This document shows, in pieces, positions 23,701-36,547 of a DNA stretch of 64,000 bases. The notes beneath the pieces were generated by a model that did not search any database, was not told the origin of the DNA, and saw only the letters and a list, made by a program, of their open reading frames with translations. Numbering within the stretch: position 1 is the stretch's first letter; every line of letters starts with the position of its first letter. The stretch spans positions 16,430,001 to 16,494,000 of the forward strand of contig CM060733.1 in the NCBI GenBank assembly GCA_030704615.1. Reading direction: 5' to 3'. Position numbers and translations under genes: made by a program. This stretch comes from Takakia lepidozioides (Eukaryota > Plantae > Bryophyta).

Positions 23701-25394
23701 TCAATTGGTTTGCTCTTTTGCAATGATTTAGTCAACAGCATTTATTCTTGATTGCACGTTGTTGATGACCAATGATTGGGATGGTTCTTTATTGCAGGAG
23801 CTAGCATCAATGATGGAGGGGGGATCCCAAGCACGATGGGGAAACCACATGGGCTACCTGATTCTTCCAATTCCTCTAAAGCACCATAGAAGTATACTCA
23901 ATCAAGTACGGGCAGCCAAGAAAATTGGTGACCAGAGGAAGGCATCACTTGAAGGCATTTTCACATACTGGAGTGGAGCATTGCTCATGCGGATGATTGG
24001 GGCACATGTAAGACCTCTTTTTCTCTTGTTTCCTCTGGTATTTACCTGTGTTTTATTTCCGGTTTGTAGTGCCAAGATAGTCTTTGCTCCAGTTTTCCAT
24101 CCAAACCCTTTTCTATTTCATGTCTTTTGCCTGTCGCCTTTGATTTAGCTTGGAAGCTACCCAATCTCACAACAAAAATCCATTTCTATCGAGGGACATT
24201 CTTGGTTCTCCGTGATGACAGAATCCTGCAGCCCAATTACCTTTTGGCGCCTTTATCTCCTTCCCTCCTGAGGGCATTGGGGCAGTTCAGGGTGGGCTCC
24301 CTCAATCTACGGATAGAGACTGGCATTTGGGAAAACCTGCAACGGGAGGACCACTATGAGGATCCTGCTTGGCAGCTTACCTGCACGAGGCCTTGACCCT
24401 TAGGCAATCCCTTGAGCAGTAAATGCTTTTGGGCTATTTTTTGGCTCTGGTTTTGTTTCCTCTCTCTTGGTTTTTCCATTTTGTCCCATAAGCTCTTGGA
24501 GCTTTCTGCGGACGAAGTACCATTTCATTTCATTTAGCTATTTCTACTACTGAGGACATCAAAGAGTGAATCTTCCTTACGGCCAACATATGATGGCCTC
24601 CGACGCATGCTTCCAGAAGGGCACTGGCAGTGGTAATCTGTGGGATGTTTCATAGCCTGTTCTACTGATGACAAATACACGATCTTGTATGAGGCTGACT
24701 GGTAGTTACTGGACCTGCTGTTGCATATGGATTATTGAAGTGCATTGAGGATATTACTTCTCTTGAAAGGCTAAATGCCCAAATAGATAATCAGCTCATT
24801 TGTTTTCATGCAGCTTGCAGAAGTGATCACACGCCGAGCAACACTACACACCACATTATCAGTGTCAAATGTTCTTGGACCCATGGAGCCTGTCACACTT
24901 GGTGGCAACCCAGTCACTTATATCCTTCCAATGACCGTTGGACATCCACAGGTGGGAACTATGTCCATGTCAGTGCCATCTTGCACCTAGACTGCACTCT
25001 TAGTTGGAATGGCAAACCTTGAAGGCTGCCTGAGGAGAATGAAACGAAGATGATGCAAATCAACAAATATAATCAGATGCAGGAATTCAATTGGTAGGAG
25101 GTGGTGCATTGGGGATAGGCTGCAAGTAGAATGTATGTAGGCATTAATTTCTCTTTTTGTTGCTTCCTTAGTGACAAACCAGAGTAGGAGATGCGTTACC
25201 TGGCCTTGTTTCAGCATCCTAACAAGTTGTGGTGGTGTGTGCAGGCACTATGCATTTACTTGCAGACGTATATGGGGAAGGCAAACTTGATAGTTATGAC
25301 ATGCAGAGACCTCATCCCTGACCCAGAGACCATTGTTCGATATTCTGTGGATGCTCTCCAGGAGATGAAAAAGGCAGCGGTGTCTGCTTGGTGA
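20291..25394 (+). CDS. WSD1: Wax ester synthase/diacylglycerol O-acyltransferase (WSD1-like). Exons: 20291-20551, 21854-22495, 23098-23191, uncertain 23354-23382 and ~23440/23461-23622, 23798-24007, 24814-24951, 25245-25394
   Basis: EEPVTPAGRVF, HKRFSSIM, PLW, catalytic HHSLGDG, TINDV, ARWGNHMGY, SNVLGPME, PDP...DALQEMKKA. GT-AG introns. The junction between 23191 and ~23460 is not resolved. Confidence 0.9.
20683..20746 (+). repeat. (TC)32 microsatellite in WSD intron 1
   Basis: Uninterrupted TC run. Confidence 0.97.
21168..21740. mobile_element. PIF/Harbinger-type (Tourist-like) MITE in WSD intron 1
   Basis: Imperfect TIRs gggccactttagactac..ggaccaagaccaa / ttggtcttggtc...gtaggctaaagtgggcc, with TTA TSD at 21165-21167 and 21741-21743. 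Non-coding. Confidence 0.85.
24120..24537 (+). mobile_element. 5'-truncated LINE (3' end) in a WSD intron
   Basis: LRALGQFRVGSLNLRIETGIW resembles the FR.S.H.L.IETGR motif downstream of LINE RT. (CATTT)3 tail and candidate 7-bp TSD ctatttc (24113-24119, 24538-24544). Confidence 0.65.
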
Positions 25395-26639
25395 GTTGCA
25401 ACAGTAAACTCCCTATTAACCATGTTGAAATGTGGCTGTTGTTCTGTTCCCACACACCTGACGCATGATGCTATGCAGTGTAGAACTGAAAGCTCCCCAG
25501 TCTCCTGGCATTCATGGGATGCAGCTATTTGATGTCTAGATAGTCATGTGCAGTGTAGGATTATACTTGGATTGAGGGACATACTAGAGGAAATAAAGGT
25601 CTGAGTTAAGCCATTGTGCCATACAGAACAAGACCCAAATAGACCCAAAGTTTCCTCACCGGTTGTGTGGTTCTTTCAGAATGCCAAGAGGTAAGAAAAG
25701 AAAAAAGCAAACTTAATAACATCTCTTGTCCATGTCAAAAGTTCTCATTTTTTGTCTAGACATTGTCCTGGGACAAAACATACCGGGAGTATCTACTGCT
25801 TGTGAGGCACTAAGAAACCGCAGACATACGATCACATACATATTTGCAATAAATTTGCCTAGTTCCAGGAAATAAGCACTCTCGAATACAAGATACAAGC
25901 ACTATCTTGGTAGATCCTGATGTCTGCTGTCACGAGAGCACAAACAAGAATATGTCAACCAAGATATCAGAGTTAGTTTTGAAGCATTTTATTGAGAACC
26001 AAAGGGTAGAACCATTTTCAACTCTTTCCAAACCCTGCACCAGTGGTTCTTAGTTTAGAAGAGTAGGGGCCATTCACAAGGTATCAATCCTATGCATACC
26101 CATTTTCCCTCATGTGAGGTTACGGTTCACTGGGCCAGATTTAAGACATGGACCGCTCTTTTAGTGACTATAAAGGTGTGGTGGGAGGGAACAGAATTAG
26201 CCAGACGATGTGCTGACTGATTGCAAGATGGTGGAGCTGGGCGTTGACAACAGGATCGATGAGAATAGGAAATGCGGACATGTTCGATAATGAGGCTTGC
26301 AACCAGTTTTCTTAATTGATTTACCTCACCTGTGTATAATATATGCATATGGAGGTAGGTTCTGTCCCTTTTGTTCCCGCTCAAACTGGGCGCGGGGTCA
26401 ATGGCCACAAGGCTACGGCAAACAACGTCTTATGAGTACAATATATGCATATGGAATGCAAAATTCTGTTCTTTGGGAAATCACATATATTGCTATTTGT
26501 ACTTGGTGGTTTGTAAATTGGATGCATATGTTTTTGGCTGTCACTATTTGTACCCAGGTTAGTAACTTGCTACCAGTCCGCATCTTGAAAATCATATTTC
26601 TATTGAAACCCGACTGGTATAAAACGTTGTTAAAGTATT

Positions 26640-28165
26640 ATCAGGACCCAGCTGGTACACAAGAAATCAGTTCCCCCCTCTCCCCCCAACAGTGCACATT
26701 CATTGAGGAACTTGGAGGCAATGTTGGAACACTGAGCAGCTGGCTGGCTAGCTAGCTACCCTCATATGTCTATTGCTGATATTTGTTTACACATGCAAAT
26801 TGACGATGAAGGAAACCGTGTCGAGGTGACTTGCCGTTGGCTTTCTTGCCCTGATTTCCCCAAGTTGTAACTAGTTGCTCATGGTTCGTAACCCTATTGC
26901 TTGCGAATGTGTGTTGTGTTTGATCTGAGAGTGTCTGCAATGCTTTCCAAGTTAACTAATAGTAGTTTGTGTCGTTGCTGGCTTGTTTTGTTGCCCGCTA
27001 CCTGTTAAGGAAGTGATTTTCTTTGCATACTCTGGTACATAATATTCTTTGATGTCCTACATGTCTCAGGCCATTTTGTTTGGCTATGGGGACACGGGAT
27101 CAGCTGCCACAGCTCTTAAAGGAAATTGATCCGGAGCTAGAGTGTGCGAAACCGTTTTTGAAGCACTAAATCCAATACTGTGGATGGGTTTGAACCTGTG
27201 AGCAATAATGATCTTCAAGGTATTGGGTTGGCAGTTGAAGATGTTGTCATGATTTATTTGCAATATCATCCAGCTTCCATGGCAGGTATGTGTTCTATTG
27301 TCCATGACCCTGTTTCCGGTTTGCCTGAAGCATGGTTCACTTTTGAAGTCCACTGTGCAAAAGTCCAATCAAAGCTTTACCAAGGTTGAATAATTAACTT
27401 GTATGATGAGAGGCTCGGTAAACCTGGTTCTCTCTAGTTCTACTTTCCGGTGGTTCTTTCCTTGATTCTCATCATCATATCACCTCGCTCATTTATTTTA
27501 TGTTTGTTAATGTTTCAGGACACCTATAATATTGTTGCTTCTTTTTTACAACTTTCTGCAATCATTGTGGAGTTATTTGAATTTTTTGAAACATTATGAT
27601 CACATTCTGTGGGTCCCTGCACCTCTGTTCTCCAACTTTCAAAATCTCTAAAAGCCCTGGCCCTGTTGGGTCTAATTGGTGGGCAGCTCACACAGAAGAT
27701 TAATAGGTGCATGAAGGGTTTTCTAGAGGGAATCTGGAAAGCCCAAACCAATTGTTTATACCAAGGTAAGTCCCGAGCCTAAAGTGAGCCCCTAACAAAG
27801 GTAATGTCTGTTCCCCCTTGTTCTGTCCAAATTGGGCATGGGCTCTATGCCCACAAGGCTATGGCAATGAACGTCTCATGAGTACATTCTGCTTTTGTCC
27901 AATATTTGACTCCTGAAATGATGCTTTATATCAGTAGGATTGTGAAGAGTTTATATTTGTCAAAATAAGTTAGAACCTGATAAATCAACCACTAAGTTAG
28001 TTGGGCAGTTGGTGTGAGAGTAACTAGGTTCTAGCTTGAACCAACCATGGAATTGTTGAAACCAGAGGTTCTCCTGAGTTGTGCTGACCAGCTTCATATG
28101 GATCATTAAGGCTTCTGGATGGGCCTGATTATGCACAAGTCAATTTTTGCTGCAGACTAGGTGAG
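26640..28165 (+). pseudogene. Unidentified degraded multi-exon gene
   Basis: Coding-like blocks bounded by ag|...|gt sites (e.g. YPHMSIADICLHMQIDDEGNRVE; RPFCLAMGTRDQLPQLLKEIDPELE then TVDGFEPVSNNDLQGIGLAVEDVVMIYLQYHP; DCEEFIFV), broken by stops and frameshifts. Family not recognised. Confidence 0.4.
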
Positions 28166-29628
28166 TATTCAAAAGTAGTTTTAGGCCTCAACAACTTTCC
28201 TGGTTATTTGTTACATGTTAACCTCTGCACCTAGTGTTCTTTGCTAGGGTCATGGGGATCACAGGTTTACGGATTTTTAATCTGCTTTTCCCTTAAACCA
28301 CTCTGCATACATACATGTAGTGGCAGTGCCACTTCAGGGCGGAGTAGGAAACGGCTGAGACAAGACCAAAAAAAAAATATAGACCCCTCATAATTATGGT
28401 GTCTCTTCACCACAAGGGTGACTGCCTTCCAGCTGAAAGGTGGACACCTTCATGACACACCACACGGTGGTTTCAACCCACATCCAACGTGGTATATGCC
28501 CATTACCACTGCATGCTGGTTGACGGGACACGTCCATTGACATGGTTTGTGCAAGGCTTACCCAGGTTGGACGATTTTTTGAGGTGTACCCCCTGATGAA
28601 ATGTCACGGCCTGAGACCAGGACAAATCATCCATGGGGCTCTGCTACCGAACCTTTTGTAGGCAAACCAAGACTTCCAGTGCAATCAATTGGTGAGTTCA
28701 CTTGTGTACATGGGTGGACTAGGAATACTCACAAAATGACTCAATTGGGGAAACAATGTTTTTATGATAGGGCTTAAAAACCCTATACATTTGCAAGCTC
28801 TTCAAAGGCCCTCTTCGTGCCTGTAACACTACATGTTGTTGTTTGATTTGAAAGAGATGGAGGCACACATGAATGCTATTGTGTTTTTTGTGGTAGAAGT
28901 GGGTTTCCACTGTTGGAGTGGCTAGGACAAGTTTGAGGCTCCCAATTGTGGAGAAATGGTTGGACTGGATGGTTGGACCAGTTTAGACCATGATATCATG
29001 CACAATGAAAGCATGAACGTAGCATATTCAAATTTTGCAACTGACACATTCTCCTTGGGAGTGATGTTACCTTCGATTGCAAGAGACAAGGGGTTCTGCC
29101 AGTAAGTGTTTCATGAAAGTACAATCTATACACATCAAAATTTTCCCAAAATTCGCTTGTGGAGGGGATATATAAATGATGTTGGTGCTTACAGCACAAA
29201 GTCTACAACATTTTTGTTCTTGTTTCATTTTTCCTCAGTTAATCATAGAAGTTTTACCTCCTTTCTGTTCCATCTTTTCCCTCGTTCTCTCCTTCACTAG
29301 AACTGGCCACAAGATTTCCGGAGTTGGTGTCTTGCGTTCAGAGTGGAGCTTACCATCGTCCTGAGCTCTAGGCCTGCTTTGGACGAGAAGTTGCACGATT
29401 CACTGTGAGGTTGACCTGTACTTACTCTTTTTTTGCTAGATAGAGGTTTGTTCCCATTTGAGACCTATACCTTCAGATTTTTTCTTTGGGATCTCTTGGT
29501 TAGAGGGTCAAAACTGTTCATCTTGCACCAGGTTGTGTATATATTCGTGGAAATTGTATATAGTTTTGTTTGTTCTTCACTAGCAAATAGTTATTACGAT
29601 GTTTTCCACTGGAAGATAATAGGAATAA

Positions 29629-30338
29629 TGTAAGAACTTAATGCGAGCGCATCAGGTCGGTCCAGCCTTGACACCCCGTACCGCCGGTTCTCCGCCTCCG
29701 GCAGCCATCAACAGGCAGCCGGCGGGCTCGGTCAATTCCTCCCCACCCCCCGCTATCATCCCATCGGCGTCGCCGCCCCCGGCGCATCGTCGCAGCCCGC
29801 GTCGTCGTTCTGCGACTCTAGTCCGCCAATTCCCTGCAACCCTCTCATCCTGTAACCCACGCCCCCGTAACCCCTTGCACGTCAGCCCCTGTAACCCCCA
29901 CCCCGGGTGTAACCCTCATTCCATGTAACCCTATGTAACTCCGCCAAGTGTAACCCTCAGCCCATGTGACCCTTTGAACCTGTGCAACCCATGTAACCCC
30001 ACGCAACCCTCTGTAACCCATGTAACCTTTGTCGTGCGCATACATGTCGCTACACAACTACATCGCTGTCCAAAACCACACAACACATGTGCACACCAAA
30101 CACTAGTCTATCACTAGTCCACCACTAGTGCACCACTAGGCTGTCACTAGACAACCACTAGTGAAGCCACTAGTCCACCACTAAGCTGTCACTAGCTACC
30201 ACTAGTGCAGCCACCAGTCCAACCACTAGGCTGTCACTAGCCACCACTAGTGCAGCCACTAGTCCAACCACTAGGCTGCCACTTGCCACCACTAGTGCAG
30301 CCACTAGTCCATCACTAGGCTGCCACTAGTCCATCACA
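29629..30338 (-). repeat. 3' LTR (~710 bp) of Gypsy copy 1, with internal (tgtaaccc) and (ccactag) tandem motifs
   Basis: On the minus strand it begins TGTGATGG right after the purine tract ctaggggggcgat. Candidate end ...gttcttaCA at 29629. No partner LTR in the window to confirm the end. Confidence 0.65.
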
Positions 30339-30352
30339 ATCGCCCCCCTAGC
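30339..30352 (-). promoter_or_regulatory. Polypurine tract of Gypsy copy 1
   Basis: gctaggggggcgat immediately before the TG of the LTR and ~250 bp after the integrase-PHD stop. Confidence 0.65.
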
Positions 30353-30599
30353 TGGCGCTTAGATCTTTCTAAGTCCAGGTAGCCACAAAGATATGATAGT
30401 GGTCATAGTCTCACTAAGTCCTCCACCACTGTCCCTACTACATTCAAACTCGATAGATCAAGATGCCAGGTACAAGAGTTGCCCCATCGTTAGTCGCCGT
30501 CTTGCAATCTGTGAACTTCAGCCTGAGATCTCGGGTATTGACTCCTATGAGCTTGGATTCCCATGTCTTTTTAGCTGCCACTAGTCATATCCACTGCCA

Positions 30600-33500
30600 C
30601 TATCCCAAGCAGTGTGGACATAACCAATCTCCATCAGGAACCCTCTCAAGAGGTGGTATCAAGCATCCCATGTGCCAACCTCTTGAGCATCGATCACATA
30701 CCAGCATAGTGGCGACACCACGAGCATGCCCACATAGCATGCAACGCAGCCCTGCAGGTACCACTGCAAGGTTGGGATCTATCCTCCCATCCACATGTGG
30801 AAGGTGACATGACGCACAATTGCGCACATGGTCCTTCCATACCATGCCATCTCGACCCTCCAGAATCAACACTCCTGAAGGCAACACCTCCCTGACCCTT
30901 AGAATCACACGTCCCGCTGTGACATCCAAGGTTGTAGGCGCTGTCTGCTGCAGATACACATAGTCCCCAGGGTGGAAACGCCGAATACCTGGCCGATATC
31001 CCCCTCCACGTATAGTAACATACCTCAATGTGTCTCGGTGTTGGGCAATAGCAAGATTCTCAAAAGCCATAGGCATAACTCTCTTGAACAACTCTGCCCG
31101 CTGGGCATATGCTTGTGTCCACACATCCGGATCATCAAGGTTGAGGACTACTACAGCCTCCCTGCGAATAGACGCAGACAAATCTGGTTCTCGGCCAAAG
31201 AGAAAAAAATATGGTGAGAAAGAGGCAAGTGATGCTTGCTTGCTAAACCTGTAGCCCATGGCTAACCAAGGTACCTGAAGATCCCAATCTCCTAGTTGTC
31301 CCTTTTGCAAACCATACTTGCGCAAACCCCTCTTCACCGTCTGCACCACTCTCTCTGCCAAGCCATCGGCCTCAGGATGATCCCGAGAAGTGGTACGGTG
31401 GTCTATCAAGGCTTTATCACACAAAGCCTGAAACTCCCCCAAGAACTCTCTCCCTTGATCCGTGAGTACCTCAGCTGGAGCACCGAATTGGCTAAGCACA
31501 CGATTCAGGAATGCATACGTAGCCCCTTCACTAGCCTTGTCTGGCAATGGAACCAACTCAATCCACTTGGAGAAGTGCTTCACCATCACCAACACATATC
31601 TGTGGTGACGCATCGTTAGTGGCAAAGGCCCTGCAAAATCAAGACTCCACTTGTAGCCCAATCCCATGATGGGTAAATAATGCAACTGTGGTGTAGGGGC
31701 GTTGAATGCAACATGCACCCTGTCACACATCATGCACCTAGCCACGAACTGTTGCACCTCTGTGTGCATACCACACCACCAATACTGCCCCTGCAATAAA
31801 CTATGAGTGTGTCGCACTCCAAAATGCCCCAACTCCTCATGGGCATGCCGCACTAACGTCCGTGTACGCTGTGTTGGGTGAGGCACGATCCTCACCTGAC
31901 CATCCTCCCACACTCGAAGCAAGTGTATCTCCTCTCACTTGAACCTCTTGGCTCGTTGTAGGATTCGATCCCTCTCCTTGGCAGTCATACTAGCTGTCGT
32001 GTCTCCAGTGCGGAGGTAGTCCAACACAACCAAATCCTCATGTATATCTCTGGCACCACCTGGCTCATCACTAGCCTTAGGATCCTCAGACACTCCGTCT
32101 ACAGTCATCCCTGTTGTAGGTCCAACCTGACCTCCTGATGTAGATGCATGTCATCCCGGCACCATCTCCTCGTCCGTCTCACCATGCCACCGAGCTCCAA
32201 TGTCATCCTGTTGGCTCGTGCATGGATTGCGACTCAATCCATCCGCATTCCTATTGACCAAACCCGGTCGATGCACAATCTGAAAGTCATACTCTTGGAG
32301 TATAAGTGCCCACTGTGCAAGCTTCCCCGTAAGCTTGTCTGACTCCATCAACCACTTGAGTGGTTGGTGATCCGTGACAAAGGTGAAGAGATTGCCGTAT
32401 AGATAGCACCTGAAAGTGTGCCACGGTCCACACTGCAGCTAAGCACTCCTCCTCATATGAGCTATACTTAGACTCTGCATTGTTGTTCGAGCGGCTAGCA
32501 TAAGCCACTATAAACTCTTTTCCCTCATCATCCACCTTTGTGAGCACCGCTCCAAACCCCAACATGCTCCAATCTGTATGCAGCTGAAATGGACGCCCCC
32601 TGATAGGTCGTCTCAAGATGTGCGCCGAGGTCAACCTCGCCTTGAGCTCCTGAAAAAGCTCGCTCTTGCTCAACTTCCCACTGCCACTCATGGTCTACCT
32701 TGGTCAGCTTGGTTAGAGCCTTTGCAATAGCACTAAATCCCTTGACAAACCGTCTATAGTAGTTTGCCAACCCCATGAAAGCTCGAACTCGGCTCACATC
32801 CATGGGGCGTGGAATCTGTGCGATGGCCGCTACCTTAGTCTGTTGTACCCCCAATCCTCCAGGATATATCATGTGGCCCAGATACTCAATCTGATTGTGG
32901 AAGAACTTGCACTTCCCTGGATGTAATTTCAATCCGTGCGCTCTCAAGCGCTCAAACACCACCTAAAGGTGTCTCTCGTGCTCCTCCACCATAGCACTAA
33001 AGATGATGATGTCATCTATGTAGCACCGAGCCTCTACCCTTGCTAGAATCCTGTCCATGACTCTCTGGAACTCTACAGGAGCGTTCTTAAGCTCAAATGG
33101 TAAGAACCGCCACTGATATAGGCAATCCTTCCCGTGCTCATTGATCTCCCAGAATGTCGTCTTTTGCTTGTCCGCCTCCTTGATCGGTAACTGATGATAT
33201 CCGGACCACAAGTCCAAAGTGCTAAAGATCTTGGCATGTCCAATGGCATCAAAGATTTCCTCCCGTGTGGGCATGGCATACTTATCAGACTTGGTCTGAC
33301 GATTTACAGGCCGGTAATCACCGCACATACGTCTCTCCGTCCAATTGCCATAGACATCCTTCTTGGCTGGCATCACCGTGGCTGAAGCATACTCTCCACT
33401 AGAGAGCTCCACCAAACCAGCCTCCCAGAGATCTTGAGTCCTCATCTGAATCAAAGACCTCTCCATGTCACTGTATCTATAGGGTCTCCGAAAGATTAGC

Positions 33501-34020
33501 GTGTCTGTGGCCAACTCAATACGAATCTCATGACCCTTCAGTGCTCTCAAATCCTTCAAACTGAAGGCAAAGCAATTCCTGTAAGCCCTCAAAAACCGCC
33601 GTATACGTCGTCTCTCTCCTCCAGTGACAATGGGTCCAATGTCAGGCTTCCAATTGTCCTCCGTAACTGCAACCTTAAGTCCAGCAGACTTAGAGGTAGA
33701 GGACGCGTCCCGTGGTTGCTATGCCCGCAACCTCTTGAGCAGTACTCCTTGCCTGCTCAGTCAATGACAAGGCCTCATCCTGCCCCATCATCTCATCCTT
33801 GAGAACCTCCTCAACCCGAGAAGAATCCCCAACCTCATCCATCACAGCCGCCTTGGCTGCCAACTCCCTCTGAACCTCGAGCACCTCCCACGTGTGCCAT
33901 GGATGTCTACACCCCGTGGTCCTCACCAGCTCGCCCCCACTCGCTGCCTGTACCGTCTCGGTAGGCAGAGAGACCATCAAGGGAACTGCACTCCGCACTC
34001 TACATTGCTCAGTCATACCC
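30600..34020 (-). mobile_element. Ty3/Gypsy pol pseudogene copy 1: RT-RNaseH-integrase-PHD finger; 5' part (gag/protease) missing
   Basis: RT (RMCGDYRPVN, LDLWSGYHQ, YIDD), RNase H (LHTDWS, YEEECLA), integrase HHCC and DDE (LDFAGP, TDQGREF, GLAER). C-terminal C4HC3 PHD: CMLC...LVCDRC..GWHMGCL.PPL.RVPDGDWLCPHC at 30603-30746. Stops and frameshifts present. Confidence 0.93.
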
Positions 34021-34469
34021 AAAACACAATTTTAATTAAATCCGGACTTTTCGCTTAAATCCAGACCAAACTTGATATACGACAAAATTGAATTGAATTA
34101 AATTAATCAATAAATAATGTTTAAAAACAAATATATCTAATCATATTTAATCATTTAACTTATAAATGTCAAAATCAAATGGCTTAAAAAACTGTTGATT
34201 ATTGAGATTTAAATGTAGCAAGACTTTTAAGAAGTTATCATTATACAAATTGGATGACATATTAGTTATGTCAATTTAATTGTCAAGGGGGTCTAGCCTG
34301 ATACAATTGAGATATCATTATATTTGTAACATGGTTGATGTTATAGTTCGAGTCAAAGCGTCAATATTGACAAGTTTGATCATTAAATTGAAATTTTATT
34401 GAATCAAACACTTAGCAAGCAGGTATAGGATTTAGAACAAGAAAAAGTGTCGATGACAAAAAATTATTC

Positions 34470-36130
34470 ACATGTCGATAGGAACTATCAATCAAATATC
34501 CCAATCAATCTATTGTATCCAAAAGCAAGAATTGTTTTTCTTCAATGAGCTTCAAACCTGGATATAAGCTACTACTGATATGATTTATGAAACATATTTA
34601 ATGTCAATGAAAAAAAATATGCAAGTTTGTATTTAACCTACAAATATTTTCAATGAATATCCCAACCAATCTATTGTACTACCCAAAGTTATATCCTACA
34701 TCTAAGCTGAAAACTAAATTTAATTGATACGCTTGAAACATTTGGATTAAGTTTTAGGATATACTACCCTCGTTTAGGTGTTCAAAAGCTACTTGGATGA
34801 AAAACAGATTTGGAATAGAGTATAAAAATAATCAATTGAGGTAAACAAAAAATCCACAAGAACTAAAATTTATGGAAGAGTGTTTAGGACCTATAGAATC
34901 ATTCAATTAAATGTCACAACTATGATTGTATCATATGCCAGTGCTAGAAGCTGTTTTTTGTAATGAGCTTCAAACATGGATATGAGGATTTTGGGGTATA
35001 CTATCCTAGTAATGGACAAAGTTCTTGCTACAACAAACTTACCAACCTTGCTTTTTTACGGCCATACTCGTTTGGAATCCAATAAACATGGCTAGCTAGC
35101 AGCAATCATCAGACAGATTGATACCAGATTCAATATACCAAAAGCTTCAACACCATGAGACATCTTTCCAAATACTCAAATTTGTTAGAGTATTAATCGA
35201 GATCAGAAGACAAATCGATGATATTGCTTGTGTGCTCTGTCTTCTTGTAACTATTCGTGACATGTCGATAGGAACTATTATTCAAATATCCCAATCAATC
35301 TGCTGTATCCCAAAGCAAGAAAATTTGGTTTTTTTCAATGAGCTTCAAACATGGATATGAGCTTCTGTGGTATAGGGTTTATGATAAGCATAAATGTCAA
35401 TGAAAAAAAAAATGCAAGTGCGTATAGAACCTATAAAAACTTTCAATCAAACATCATAACCAATCTATTGTACTACCCCAAAGTTTTAAAATTTTGCTAT
35501 TAAACCTACACACAATGGGTCCAACTAAATATGCCCACTAATAATAAGCTCTTTTGTTATGACCTCTATGAAATATAATTAACACATGAGTGTGTTATTG
35601 ATAGGCATTGTCAACACCTTTAGCAACCTAACCCGTGCACATTGATACATATTAAGCTAGCAAGTTAAATTTATTGTTCCTACAATTAACTAGTTAACGC
35701 ACATTTTTTGTGAGTGTATCTTGACACACATTGTCAACACCCTTAGTGCTCAATCTAGTCCATACACAATGACCACCTAAATATGCATATTAAGCTAGCA
35801 AGTTTTTATTGTTTCTGCAATTAACTAGTAAACACACATTTTTTGTGAGTGTATTCTGGACACACATTGTCAACACCCTTAGTGCTCAATCTAATCCACA
35901 CACAATCACCACCTACATATGCATAAGCTATTAAGTAAGGGTACTTATTGTCACTTTGGACCCTAGTTCGAAGTCGTGTATTCAACACACCCTTAGCAAC
36001 CAAACCTACACATAATGACGACCTAATTTATATCAATAGTATGAAGCTAGTAGAGTCTTATTGTTCCTGCAATTGATCAACTGTTAATATAACACATGAC
36101 TCATCTATTCTTGACAAACATTGCCAACAT
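34470..36130. repeat. AT-rich repeats downstream of the GHTHEDID transposase: ~220-bp duplication (34470-34690 / 35260-35485) and ~140-bp tandem units (35600-36130)
   Basis: catgtcgataggaactat...ccaatctattgtactac twice; cattgtcaacacccttag repeated. Confidence 0.75.
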
Positions 36131-36547
36131 ATAGAAGTCTTGCTCAACAAACAATATGGTATCAAATCTACACACCAAGTTTGAACAAATTTTTTAAAAT
36201 CACATACTTGACCATAACACATAAATATCCATGCAGAACGTATTCACAAAGTTCCAAACAAAACAAATATATTTAGATGACGAACAATCTATTCAACTTT
36301 TGAACAATTTTTGTTATGTGTCATACTTCGTCATAACATGTAAGTGAGTATGTAGAACATACCAACAAAGTTGAGCAACCAATAAAATATAAATAGACTT
36401 GAATCTAATGTCAAAAATATTTTTTTGACGAAGTTATGAATCATACTATCCAAACCAAATTTTCAATGCGATGACGTTGACGCAATGTCATTGTTAATAT
36501 AACATCTTACATCACATTGGTCAATGTCTTAAGATTGATTGATATAA

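Noticed and set aside
29641-30057. Pro-rich ORFs
   Set aside because: By-products of GC-rich tandem motifs inside the predicted LTR.
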